Assembly: GCA_046563655.1 (NCBI GenBank) | Contig: CM102287.1 | Location: 3,472,001 to 3,536,000 of the forward strand | Reading direction: 5' to 3' | DNA from: Yuukianura sp. NJ FZ-2021 | Taxonomy: Eukaryota | Length of the DNA stretch: 64,000 nucleotides | Shown: positions 29,030 through 44,184 of the stretch, piece by piece | Layout of the letters: every line of letters begins with the position of its first letter | How positions within the stretch are numbered: position 1 is the stretch's first letter | Notes under the pieces: generated by a model | What the model saw: the letters and a program-made list of their open reading frames with translations, nothing else | The model's database searches: none | What the model was told of the DNA's origin: nothing | Position numbers and translations under genes: made by a program

Positions 29030-30439
29030 TCAAATGTCAAAGATCAGTAGTGGAAGTGGACCACTTTGTTTATACAATTCGAAGTAAGTTCCAGAAGTAA
29101 TTCCTAAGCTGGAGGTGCAGCACCAACACCATAAACGATACGAATGACGTTCACGGATTAAGATTCACCTGAAATATCACAATTAACACCGATTATACTC
29201 CTACATCCTACGTTAACTAGTTTAAATCATAATAAAATTCAACTCATAACTTACCATATGCACAAAACCAATTACAATGCACTGTGTCAATCGTCAATGC
29301 CAACATTAAATGCCACCAAAATCTATCACTGAATTATTGCAGCTAACAGTTGACCTTTGCTTGAAGTTGAGGTAATTACAGCAGCGAGTTTATCCGTCAC
29401 TAAACAAAAAGACAGAACATATCAGTTAAAACGATTAATTAGAATCACATTAGGTTAAAATTCTTTGAGTTTCAAGGTAAGTAGTGCATCCACAATGTTC
29501 ACCTTACTGACTGGACCGTCCTTCCCTTCCGGTACCATTACAACAGTATATGCAGGTCCTAAGCTAAGCCATAATCCAAGTGTCAATTACTCAATTAACT
29601 CACCTGTTCCTGATAAAGTATTATTGTATCTCGTTATCCAAATTGTAAAGTACTTGGTTGAAGATGAGATGTATTTTTGAGCGACGACGGTAGGAGATAG
29701 CCCTTGAGAGACCCTTAATGGACGGAATGTTAATGAAGAAGTGGTACTTACTAATTAAAAGTTAACACCTCATCACTCTCCGTTGGAATGTGTAGTGTTG
29801 TAGAGATTGAAATCACTGCCCTGCCCTCTCTTCTCTCTCCATACAAAATCTCTCATTCAATGAAACTCCTTCGGTTCACACCTGTGCATTGCTTGGATCG
29901 CCGAGCCAAGCGAGCCGAGCCAACAGAAACTGCAGCGATCCGCGATCCGATCCGAGCCAGCAAATTGTTGTCGCGATCCGAACCGAGCCGAGCCAAAAAG
30001 CAAAGTTAGCGATCCACGATCCGATCCGAGCCAAAAAATTTTTGTCGCGATCCGAACCGAGCCGAGCCAAAGAGGAAAATCAGCGATCCACGATCCGAAC
30101 CGAGCCAGCAAAAGTTGTTAGCGAGCCGAACCGAGCCGAACCAGCCAAAAAACAGCTGCTTGGATCGCTGGCTCGCTAAAATCCGCTGTTGGCTCGGCGA
30201 TCCAATGAACAAAAAGCATGAGGGGAGACCAATTGCTTTAAAATTAAAGTTTACAACCAATAAAACATTACAAAATAACAGAAGTCGTGAGTTATATATT
30301 AAAATAGGCAATTAATTATATATACAAGCTATTAATTACTAGTTATATAAACTAGTAATTATAATAAATATACAAAAATTAGACTAATAGTCCATTGCTT
30401 GCATCAAATGTATCTAGTATTAACTAGTGTACTAAATTT

Positions 30440-30830
30440 TAGTGTTACAGGATGCTTAAACATCCAGTGGCTTCATTGTCACTTCCAGTGGATATCCAAT
30501 GGAAGAAATGCACCCGAAATGGATGAAACTTTTAGTGGATGGAAGAAATGATGAATTTAGCGCAAAATTAAAAAAAGTCAAATTTAAAATTAGAAAAATA
30601 TTACAAGGACTTTTTTCATCGTTAAAATTGATTATGTATTCAAAACTCATACAAACACAATATTTCCTTCGTTTTTATAAAATATTTTGAATTGTTTAGG
30701 CTTTTCGTATTTAATTAATATATATAGCGTATAAAGCTCTGCCCCTTTGGGTTCATCCATTTCCTCCATTCTTCCACTGTATTTTCAGCCGTGGACGATA
30801 TGCCGAAAAAGTGGATATCCAGCAACATGG
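30440..30830. mobile_element. ~400-bp hAT-like MITE, copy 2 (degenerate, nested in 29877-32210 element)
   Basis: Colinear similarity to copies 1 and 3 (e.g. TTAAACATCCAGTGG, GAAATGGATGAAACTTTTAGTGG, AAAAAGTGGATATCCAGCAAC); ends eroded, TSD not seen. Confidence 0.8.
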
Positions 30831-30999
30831 CAACACTAATTAATCCATCCAATTTGTAATCATATGCGATATACTTGTGTGCTCGAATAAGGAACAGCAA
30901 AGACTCTTCATATCAGTATATGAGATCGATGGATATCATATGATGTTACTCACTCATAGCCATAATTGAAAATAATCGACTCACTCTTTTCCCGCCGCA

Positions 31000-31168
31000 A
31001 AAAGTGCGCATAACCTGCGTACAAACTGCGCAAAACTTGCGCATAAACTGCGCACAAAGTGCGCATAAACTGCGCACAAAGTGCGCATAAAGTACGCACA
31101 TAGTGCGCAAAAACTGCGCATAAAGTACGCACAAAGTGCGCATGAACTGCGCATAAACTGCGCACATA
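31000..31168. repeat. 11-bp minisatellite (AAACTGCGCAC/T-like, ~15 units)
   Basis: Direct tandem repeat; same unit recurs at 53327-53390. Confidence 0.9.
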
Positions 31169-31430
31169 AACAATTTTCCAATTTTAAATGTTAATTTAAC
31201 AACAGTTTAATTTTTTCGTGTAACCTGTGCAATAAGTGTGGCGTTTCCTTATTTCATATTTCCGCTCTGTATTTTGGTTTGCAATTGTACTCTCTATTAA
31301 TTCGAATTCTCAACTCAGGTTGTGTAGGAACAGGAACGAGATTTCCTCCATAGTTCGGATTGTTACCATGGAAACAAATTTGGGGTGTGCAGGTTTTCGT
31401 GGCACTCACTGTATAATATAACAAAAATAT

Positions 31431-31433
<3 letters not shown>

Positions 31434-31471
<38 letters not shown>

Positions 31472-31560
31472 TAATAACCATAATCATAATCATAATAATA
31501 ATAACAATAACAATAATAATCATCATCATCATCATAATAATAATAATAATAACAATAATC

Positions 31561-31655
<95 letters not shown>
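31434..31655. repeat. (AAT)n microsatellite with AAC/CAT variants
   Basis: Direct reading; source of the poly-Ile spurious ORF. Confidence 0.97.
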
Positions 31656-31656
<1 letters not shown>

Positions 31657-32447
31657 GAGTTTCAGTTTACTACTATTCTATTTAGTTTAATAGAAACAGT
31701 ACTATAATAGTATAATGCAATAAGGACAATATTAGTGTTATAGTTTAACGTTATAGTGAAATCATAATAAGATTGATAACCATTAACAATTAAAATAATT
31801 ATATGAATTTGATAGGGTGTGGTAGAATAGTTTATAATTTGATGTAAATAGTAACCTATCGCCCCTCACACTTCTGAAAGTTAGTTGGATCGCTCCTTCA
31901 GCGATCCAATAACTCACTTTTGTTGGCTCGGCGAGCCAGGCGAGCCGATCCAAAAACTTTTTGCCTCGATCCGCGATCCGATCCGAGCCAGAGTTTGTCT
32001 TCCTCGATCCGAACCGAGCCGAGCCAGGGCAAAATTTTTGCGATCCGCGATCCGATCCGAGCCACAAAATTAACAACGCGATCCGAACCGAGCCGAACCA
32101 GTCAAACGCCGCGATCCGATCCGAACCTGGCTCGCTGGCTCGGATCGGTTCGGCTCGGCTCGCTGTTGCGATCCAGCCTGGATCGCTATTTTGGCTCGTG
32201 CACAGGTGTGCTTCGGTTCTTCATGACTCAAAAATTACACCTTTCCATCCTAAAAAAAATCAAGGAAGTCAAGTGACAAACACAATGGCAGAACAATAGA
32301 AACTTCATCTTCCCAGTCAATTAACTTACCTGGATGGACTCCATACACAAAGCACAAAAGTCCATAGTTACACAACATCCGCCATCCACCAATCATCATC
32401 CTGCGCTTCCTCCAATCATCAGTCCGATTCGAAAACAAAACGAAAAC

Positions 32448-32550
32448 ATTCTGGCAAATTCGTTTCAGATTCTGGCAAATTCGTTTTTAGATTCTGGCAA
32501 ATTCGTTTCAGATTCTGGAAAATTCGTTTTTAGATTTTTGGAAAATTCAT
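32448..32550. repeat. 21-bp tandem repeat (ATTCTGGCAAATTCGTTTCAG, ~4.5 units)
   Basis: Direct reading. Confidence 0.85.
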
Positions 32551-33344
32551 TCTTCAGGTAAAGAATCTTATTAGCATTAAAAAGAAAATAGCCTCAACTT
32601 TCCACTGAAAGCGTCACGCCCCATTTCAAAAATAACTAAAACTCTGGAAATAATTCTTAATTGAACTTAACTAATTAAAACAATTTAAATTCAACTAGTA
32701 GAATTACCTATTCAACACCTTATTTCGTTGTGATTTAACATTAGACATTTGGCAATTTGAAGCAATAGAAGCATCTATCGATTGTCTCTGGACTTCTCAG
32801 GCGAGTCTCAGTTCTTGTGATTGTTAAATGTTTTTCTACAGTTTTAGCACTTAACTAGCATTTTCGTAAAACTAATTACAAGAATAATTAGTTAATTAAG
32901 CTTCTAACATTTAAGTTTAGAGTGGCACACAGTTTCAGATTGTAATCTCAAAGCAGTCTATGGAAGCGTAAAAATCTTCTAAAAGTTTAAGTATGAGTTG
33001 CCTTATTAAGTAGTTTCGTTGCTCAAATGAGTATTCCATTCTCAATTCTAAAGTTTCATGATAATTAATTGGTAAATTCTAATTAATCTCAACATTTAGT
33101 ATTCACTGTCATGCTTCATCACTAAAAGCTTACCTCCATTTTCTGGAAGGAGCTCAACCAAAATAGATTCTGTGCTATAAAATCTTGAAAGAAATCAATT
33201 AAGATGACGAGGCCGTTTCTTTTAAGCTTTTCTTTTGTAGTAGAAGATTCAAAATTCTGTGAAGAAGATTCAGCATTTTGTGAAGAAGATTCAGAATTTT
33301 CTGGAACTTTGGATGAAAGCATCTTCTGGATCTTTTGTTCTTTT

Positions 33345-36069
33345 TTAGACAATGGCAGAGTCAATGGCTCCTTTGAAATGCTCTTGGGCAATTATGGCCA
33401 CAGACTTCTTGACACGCAGAGCAGAGAGGCGGACGGACGGGTTTTGATGCCAACATTCTTTAATCAAACGACCAAAGTACATCAGAACCTGCCAAAAAAT
33501 CATCATTTTCAAAAAGTTTAAGTCATTTTGAAAAGTTCTAAAAATTGGTTTGATTAATACCGGATCAGAAGTTGAAGGTAGTTCAGGCCTCTGTTCGCTG
33601 TCACAAACGACTTTTCGCATATCCTCAAAGGTTGGATCGGATGCAACAATATCAAAAAATGGTGGCTGGTATGCTGGAAGTGCTGGAGAATCAATGTCCA
33701 GTATACTATTAGATGGACTCGTCGTTCGACGATACATTTCCCAGAGGACTAATCCCACGGCGTACATGTCAGCTCGCTTGAACGCATCGAACGATTTCAT
33801 GTTGATGCTAAAAAGACACAAAAATTCAACAATTTCAAAACAACACAAATTTTTAAGAAGTTGACCTTTGACCTTTACCTCTCATCTAGGATTTCTGGAG
33901 CCATGTAGCGCCGTGTGCCAACTTTAGGATTTGGATAAACACTGAGCTCATTGGTATCACGGTTGTGGGTCACAGCCAATCCGTAGTCGGCAATTACACA
34001 ACTCTCGCCATTGCTCACCAAAATGTTCTTGGATTTTATATCACGGTGACAGATACCAGCACGACTCTAAAAATCATAAGAATTTCAAAATTAGTTCTCC
34101 AGGTCCTGGATAATTCGTAATTATCCTAATCTGAATTAGTCCGAAATCTATTTGAATAGTTGGGAAAAGTGAAAAATTCGTGCTTTTCAACTTCCAGTGC
34201 TTCTATTTTGGAATTTCAATTTCACATGAGCGCCCCAATGAAACCCACCAAAACGTGATCCCACCATTCGTGGCAACATTTTGGTGGAAGCCCCAGGCGG
34301 CAGTAGCTCTTGGGAAAAAATTTCGAGAGTTGGATTTGAAATGTCGGAAAAAGTGAAAAATTCACCTGTAGTTCGTAATTATGAGGTATTTCGTAAATTG
34401 TCATACCTCAGTTCCGACCATTTCGGAATGTAGAAATGCCAGTCCATTGGCAATTGAGTACGCAAATCGCAGTAGCTGCACTTGTGAAATTCCGGTTCTG
34501 TTGAGATAGTCGTAGAGACTGCCATGTTTGTGGTAGTGCGTGACCAACCAGAGTTGGGTCACTGACCCCTTGGAAATCATGTCCGATCCATAGAATCCAA
34601 GGATATTTTCATGTCGCAGCATCACCGTAGAGTAAATCTCCGTTTCACGAATCCATGAAGCTTCGTCCCGAGTTGAAAAGATTTTGACTGCGACGTTTTC
34701 ACAGTTCCAAATCCCTTGCCACACTTCACCATACCGACCTTGCCCAATTCTCCTCTTGAGTTGTATGTTCTTGGCCAGAGTGCGTTGAATAAGAAAAGGC
34801 AATCCGGAACCACTTCCAGAAGTTATGGATCCATCCAGGAATTCCTTCAGAGTTGAGTCACCAATGGCCTTGGCTTGTAACTGACCTTCATCCAGAGGGT
34901 AGAATTCTTCGGGATTTGGTTTCAGTGCGTCGATGGTCTTGCGGTGACTGCGACGAGATGCCAACAGGACTCCGATTGCGATGGTGACAAGGAAGAGCAG
35001 GACGATGGAAAATGCGACGATATACCAAACTTCGGAGTCGGACAAAGAAGTTTTTTGGTACAGAGACTCTGACAAGCAAATTCAAAAAGTTGCTTTAATA
35101 TGGTGTCCTCGCTTAAGCTTATTGAAATCTTTGAAATTAATTGATTACGACGATTACCTGTTGGATACTCTGGAACTGGTAGCTCAGGAAAGTCACCGTT
35201 GTTACAAAAGTTTTTGTCGGAACAGCACTCCGTTGCGTACATTCCAACATGGACGTAGTCTTCTCTGGAACTGTTGTGTGCTTGAGTGGAACTCTTGCGA
35301 TGCTTCCTAGTTTTACAAATGAGAACGACCTTGGCAGGATCCTGGATACATCCACGAGACACTCTTTCAACACCGCTACTCTCTCGAATCCTGGACTTCC
35401 AGCACTAGAAATAAAGTTTCAATTGAGTACAATTAGGAATTATCAATTACTTCAGTAATTTGTGCAAACTTACCATGACTGCATTGTAACAAACGTCTTC
35501 TACTTGACAGTTAGAGTCACAAGAAGTACACTCGAGACGTCTTACTCCACCACTGCCACTATGATGACCCTTGTCTTGCATCAATCCATCATGTTTTGGT
35601 ATGAAGTCGAATAACGATGCGCCTCTGCCAGTTGGTTCCTCCATACTTTCTGGATCCGTCGATTCCTGAATGTATCTTGTTGGTTTCTTGTGTGTCTTTA
35701 TCGATGACAGAACCACTGGCTCATCTCTCGACCCTGGTTGTTGCAATGAACCATCTGAGTAATCAACAATTAAATTGGCTGAGTTGCAGTTTTGTTCTCC
35801 ACTCCACCACCAACCATCTCACACAATCACATTCTCACCTAAACCTAACTTAGGTTAGGTGAGATGGTTGCTGGTGGATTTGAAGAACAAAACTGCAACT
35901 CAGCCATTAAATTTAACACTTGATTACAGTTTTTAGTGAATTAGTTTCATTCTAACTGTGATTTACCGTTTTCTGATGTATCCAATCCAGAAACGACTTC
36001 ACTGGTGAAATTCAGTATCAGCAGCGATATCGTTATGCTAATTTTGATAAATCGTTGTAGCCTTAGCAT
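33345..36069 (-). CDS. sax: TGF-beta/BMP type I receptor, ALK1/2 (saxophone) class
   Basis: Exons 36069-35967, 35754-35474, 35404-35158, 35068-34407, 34066-33879, 33807-33561, 33488-33345. Signal peptide, Cys box [11 protein letters not shown] helix, GS box [16 protein letters not shown]45 loop [15 protein letters not shown] of ALK1/2 type, kinase HRDIKSKN. Confidence 0.92.
35760..35926. repeat. long intronic inverted repeat (hairpin) in sax intron 1
   Basis: Arms 35776-35822 and 35859-35906 complementary with few mismatches; outer TAATCAA/TTGATTA pair. Confidence 0.9.
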
Positions 36070-37494
36070 GTTGATGTTGCAGTGATTGTTCACTGATCAC
36101 TGATGCATTCGATACAAAATTGATAGTCTTCGTGTTCGTGATTGATCGATTGACGCAAAATTAGTAATTTGATTGTTTCTCGCCTTGATTTTTTCGATTT
36201 TCATATGATTTCTTTGTAATGACCTTAACCTACATCTGTATAATACAGATCACCTTTCGAATTCCAAACAAATACTACATTGTTAAACCTTAAAACTAAT
36301 TCGCACGTTAAATTAGCTGAGTTAAGTAAATTTCTAATAAATTAAATCGAAATGCAAGCAACAACTACTACAACTAATCTAGTGTTTCGAGTTGCAATTC
36401 AACTTCTGTAGTAAAACAGAAATAAAAAGGTTCGGAATTGAGAGGTATCAGAGTAATCTGCGTTATTTCTTACATGGGCAGCCAGGCATTAATTAATTGT
36501 ACACAATTAATGATTAATTGACGATTGAGGAATTAATTATAGTATGGTAGATCAATCGCGAATAATTCGTTTAGTATGTATGAGCTAACGTTGCAGAAAA
36601 AATTGACTAAAATTAATCAAGAAACCATGGTATTGGCCCACACAGGAGAATGTCAACAAGCGATTTTTAAAAACAAAGAAGAGTCTCATGCTTTGCATTT
36701 GAAAGAGCTAAGAGATATAAAGGTCAAAGTTCATTTAGTTTATGGTTGACCTGAGGTCACGCTGACATATCAAGTGCCTAGATCAATTAAAAAGTAAGAA
36801 ATGGACAAAAAAGGTCGGAAGAAGAAAAGTAAATCAAAAAATGACTCATCAGAGTCGGAACTGGAAGTCTCTGCAGCTAAGAAAGGAAAGGAGGAACAGG
36901 TGAGCTTCAGTACTGGAGGTCAAAGGTCACTGCGATTACTTCCGTAAAATTATCAGTTATAGTTTTATAATTTAGGTAAATTATGAATCATATTGTGATT
37001 AACAATTCATCCGGAAAAACAGTGTGGATGCATCTTCTTATCCAGGAAAAATTGAAAGTGAGGGAACTTTGATCCAGAACAGATTTTTGGTATCTAAAGG
37101 AGTTTCACGGTATTTCTAAAATTAGGTTTTGACAAGAATTTGATGTGTCACATAATTAATTAATCGATTAATTGCATCACTTTGTTCAGTTTGTTGTGGT
37201 TTGGTATCGCACTGAATCATTTACGACCACAATCACGCGGGTTTGGCATTGCGTTGGTAGGATTTGTCATCGTCAGCTGCTGGCAGAGGATAGGTAACTT
37301 CTCATCAACTTCCATTTTAATCGTTTATTTCATTTTCAATACGTTTTTTTAACGTTTCGGTTGTTTGTTGCATTGTAGTTGCGCAGAGTCCAATACCAAG
37401 GCACAACAGGCTCAGGCATTATCCATTTATAGCACCCGGAATGACAGTTTAATGGACAAGGTCACAGTCAAGGTCATACAGAAGTTGATTTCAA

Positions 37495-37860
37495 ATGAGT
37501 ACCAGTGAAGAATCGATTAACGAAACATCTGAAGAGGGTTACGCACTATCCAGTTCTTACCAGGCTCTAATTGATTTTGGAAGTTCGTTGATTAGTGGCA
37601 GTCCATTTGAGTTTTCCTTTCTGGACGTCCTTGACCTCCCGCTGTTTGACCTCTTTGACGACTTTCAGTGGAAGATCTTTAAGATTCTCATCTGCATTGT
37701 TCTAACTAACCTTGCTCTCATCGGTTGCTTTTGGCACATCTACGGAGCTAAGATTGTCGAAAAGTTTATGCAACCAACGTCATCCGCACGATTAATCGAA
37801 GAACTCAAAAATTCCATTTCCGAATTGAAGCTGCCCAAGGAACATTCACCTCGCGTTTAA
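37495..37860 (+). CDS. uncharacterised single-pass membrane protein (121 aa), immediately upstream of UBXN6
   Basis: Uninterrupted ORF with acidic/aromatic N-terminus (FLDVLDLPLFDLFDDFQWK), one TM helix (IFKILICIVLTNLALIGCFWHIYG) and amphipathic tail IEELKNSISELKLPKEHSPRV. Confidence 0.75.
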   Translation: MSTSEESINETSEEGYALSSSYQALIDFGSSLISGSPFEFSFLDVLDLPLFDLFDDFQWKIFKILICIVLTNLALIGCFWHIYGAKIVEKFMQPTSSARLIEELKNSISELKLPKEHSPRV

Positions 37861-37917
37861 TCCAAAATCATAAATTTTCAACCTTACTAATTTATTTCTG
37901 TTTTTCCGAAATTCGTC

Positions 37918-39749
37918 ATGGACGCTCTCAAAAAATTCCTGAACAAGAAGAAATCAGACAAGACAGACAAGAAATTCAAGAATGCTGGTCCCGGTCATCG
38001 CCTCACTGACAACACAGCGGCCAATGTCACCGCTTCAGCTACAAGTTCGGCTGGAGGCGGAGCTAGAAAGGCCAGTCCAACCCCGACACAAAGAGTTGGG
38101 CCAACGGAAGAGCGGAAAGCAGCAGTTGACGCAGCACTGGCTCGGCTGGAACAGAAAAAGTCCACGACCAATCCCAATGAAATGCTGGCCAATCGCCAGC
38201 TGAAGTTTATCCGAGGTAAGACTAACTCAAAATCACTGCTTTTCAAAAACTTTTTACTTTTTTTAAAGAGAATTTTTTTGAAATTTTGAAATTTTAGAAC
38301 AAGCAAGAAAGGAAATTGAAGCTGAGAAAAGACGAGAGGAGGCTGGAAAGGAAGAAGAGGCACATCCAGCCAGGACTGAAGAATTGAGTGCTGGCGCTGA
38401 GCATGGAAGTGACGTGTATACAATGAGAGCTGAAAATGGACATGTAGTGGATCCAGAACATTATGCTGTCCGTGGAATCTTCTATACTTGTCCAATCGTT
38501 GGTAAGTTGAAGTTAATTAGTTTAACATGATTAACGTTCGATTGATTAGACATTCTGAAGTTAATTTTTCTATCGTTTCAGGGCCGGCAGTTGGAACTCG
38601 AGCAGAGATTGAATCCGAAATTTTGAGCTTCTTGAAGACTCAGCTCCAAGTTGACATGGGGGTCACGTCGTCACTCATGATTCTTTCCTGTAACCCACGA
38701 GAAAAAGTAAGCAGTGAACTTTTTTTTTTGAAATTCAAAAAAATTTTGGTGACCATTTCAAAATTTTGATTTCCATTTCAGGTCCAGATGTGTGTTGATA
38801 CTTTATGTAAATACTTGGACAATATAATCAACCATCCTTCGGAAACGAAGTACCGGAAGATCCGAAGTAGCAACAAAGTATTCCAAGAGAGAGTTGCTTC
38901 AGTCCACGGTGCTCTGGAATTCCTGGAAGCTGCTGGATTCACCAAAACGTTTCTCAAAGCAACCGAAGATGCTGCCGAAGAAGAGGAATTTTTTGTGTAC
39001 AGTCCACCTCCGGGAGAGCAAGAAAATGAAGAGGGAGCTGTTGCCGCTCTCACGGTAAGTTTTTGGGATGTTGAATGCTGGCATGAAATGTTGAATGTTG
39101 GAATACTTGCAGGAACTTCGAGACAGTCTCCACTCTACGACTCCGATCAGACCCGAGCTGGACCGAAACGTTCAAGTTTTAATGCCAGCTCAGGTAACTA
39201 CAAGACGTGAACTCCCACCGGACTTTTACCAACTTTCTGGACACGAGCTTCAGAGAGAGCAACAGCGTCGTACTGAAATCGCTGAAAAAGAGTTGCAACT
39301 CCGGACAAGAGCGCAGCGCGAACGAGATGAACTGAGGGAACAACGACTCTACAAATTCTGTCTCATGAGAATTCGATTTCCAGATGGATTTACACTCCAG
39401 GTACAAAAACTCACGGTCAAAATTTTGAAATTTCAAAAACTTTGGTGAAATTTCAAAAATTTTAGTGAACTTTTTGGTTTTCTAGGGAACGTTTCGATCT
39501 ACTGAGAAACTGGGCGACGTCTACGCCTTTGTACAGGAGTCACTAGCATTTGGTGAAGCCGTTTTTAGTCTAAAACGACCCGGGGGTGGAGGGGGAGAGA
39601 CTTTGAGTGACCTTGATGCGACATTGGCCGAATTGAAACTCCCGCCAGCATCAATTCTCAATTTCAAACTGGAAAGTGACCTCCCTCATGACACGGAACT
39701 GGCCTACCTAACTCCAGATCTGCTGGCGCTCGTTCAACCTATGCAGTAG
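37918..39749 (+). CDS. UBXN6: UBX domain-containing protein 6 (UBXD1/Gint3), p97/VCP cofactor
   Basis: Exons 37918-38215, 38298-38501, 38582-38706, 38782-39054, 39113-39400, 39486-39749. N-terminal KKFKNAGPGHRL, VIM-like AALARLEQ, PUB domain (YLDNIINHPSETKYRKIR), UBX domain (RIRFPDGFTLQGTF). Confidence 0.93.
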
Positions 39750-40452
39750 AGTACAAGTTTAGCCAAAAATTTAGTTTTTCGATTTCATTCCCGCAATTTT
39801 CGTCTTCACCAGCATCAACTCGTCGTCTCCAGTATTTTCTCACCAGCCAATCGCCAAGCACCACGTAAATTTCACTCAATTTTCAAAAATTTATGAGAAA
39901 TCCAAACTAATTTACACAAAAACTTATGAAAAATCAAAACTAATTTGTGCATTTCGTAATTTATGTGATGCTAGCTCCTAGTTTATTCAGCAGATTCATG
40001 GATTTTGAATTTTCCAGAATTTCGATCTCCTTCAAAATTGTCACTTTACGTCAAAATTTTTTGAATTTATGGAAAAAGACGCTTTAGGTTCAAAGTTTTT
40101 TCGAAATTCGAAGTTATTAAATGATTAGGGAACTTGAAAAAAAGTGTTTTTTTTTAAAGCAACTTCACTATTTATTGTGTAACTGAACTTTTTCTTTTGA
40201 TTTGACCTTTGAAATCTCTTTTGAGAGGTCAAGGTCACTTCCATCTTGAGGAGCTTAGACAAGTGAGAGGGATGAGATTATTTTTTGTGTTGTGTTAAAA
40301 AGTTGCAAGTAATGTTCCAGAAACAGCCTCCCAGATATGAATTGAGCAATCCAGTAAAGTGGTTTAACGGAGTTAATTTTTGTAAGTCGTTCTTCCTCAT
40401 CTGTGTCTTGAACTGAGTGGTCACTTTTCTATCTCTCCTCTCAAAAAATATC

Positions 40453-43607
<3,155 letters not shown>

Positions 43608-44184
43608 AACTAAGTCACTTTACAATAGCATAGCAGCTACTTGGTCATTTCAAGGTCATTGACCCCGCCAAAAGGTCATTGGCCCCGGTAAAATGTCGTT
43701 GACCTCTTGACCTCTTTCAGAAACTCAAGTCTGCTATGACCTCAACTCTGTTCAATTTCAGAAAGAATTTTCAGATTTCGAATTTCAATAAAAAATTTTT
43801 CGTAGAGTGGGACGTCGTGTACTTTTTTATTTTAATACAATTTAATTAAATAACTGGAATTTTAGGTGCATGTCTTCAGTTACTCCATTGTGTTCGTAGT
43901 TAACTCTATTTTCGTAACTGAAAATTGCTGAAATTTTAACAAAATTTTTTATATTTTTATATTTTGCAAAAAAAAAATTGCAATTTAATTTGTAAAGATG
44001 AAGAACAAAATTTTGATTTTTTTTTGTTTCTTAAACTAAGATTTTAATACGGTTTGTAAAAAATAAGTTAAATTAAATTTTAACTGTAGGTTTTAAAATG
44101 TAGAATTGAAAAAAATAGTGAACTAATGAAGTTAATTAACTAATTGGTAAGTTAATTAACTTTTTTTTGGAATTTGAGGAATCT

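Larger units (their letters stand above)
29877..32210. mobile_element. non-autonomous hAT-like DNA transposon (2334 bp)
   Basis: Perfect 12-bp TIR CACACCTGTGCA/TGCACAGGTGTG and perfect 8-bp TSD CTTCGGTT (29869-29876, 32211-32218). GC-rich CGATCC/GAGCC subterminal arrays at both ends; AT-rich non-coding interior. Confidence 0.9.

Noticed and set aside
29788..32299. ORFs in the CGATCC/GAGCC arrays, 11-bp minisatellite and poly-Ile ORF
   Set aside because: Products of subterminal repeats and microsatellites; no transposase motifs.
29169..32440. Separate protein-coding gene or pseudogene between sax and aPKC
   Set aside because: Exon-like blocks do not join into a long frame even after removing the hAT insertion; treated as putative UTR exons.
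37861..37917. Stop-codon readthrough fusing the membrane ORF to UBXN6
   Set aside because: Same frame, but a second in-frame TAA lies in the spacer and the first stop is TAA in a non-leaky context.
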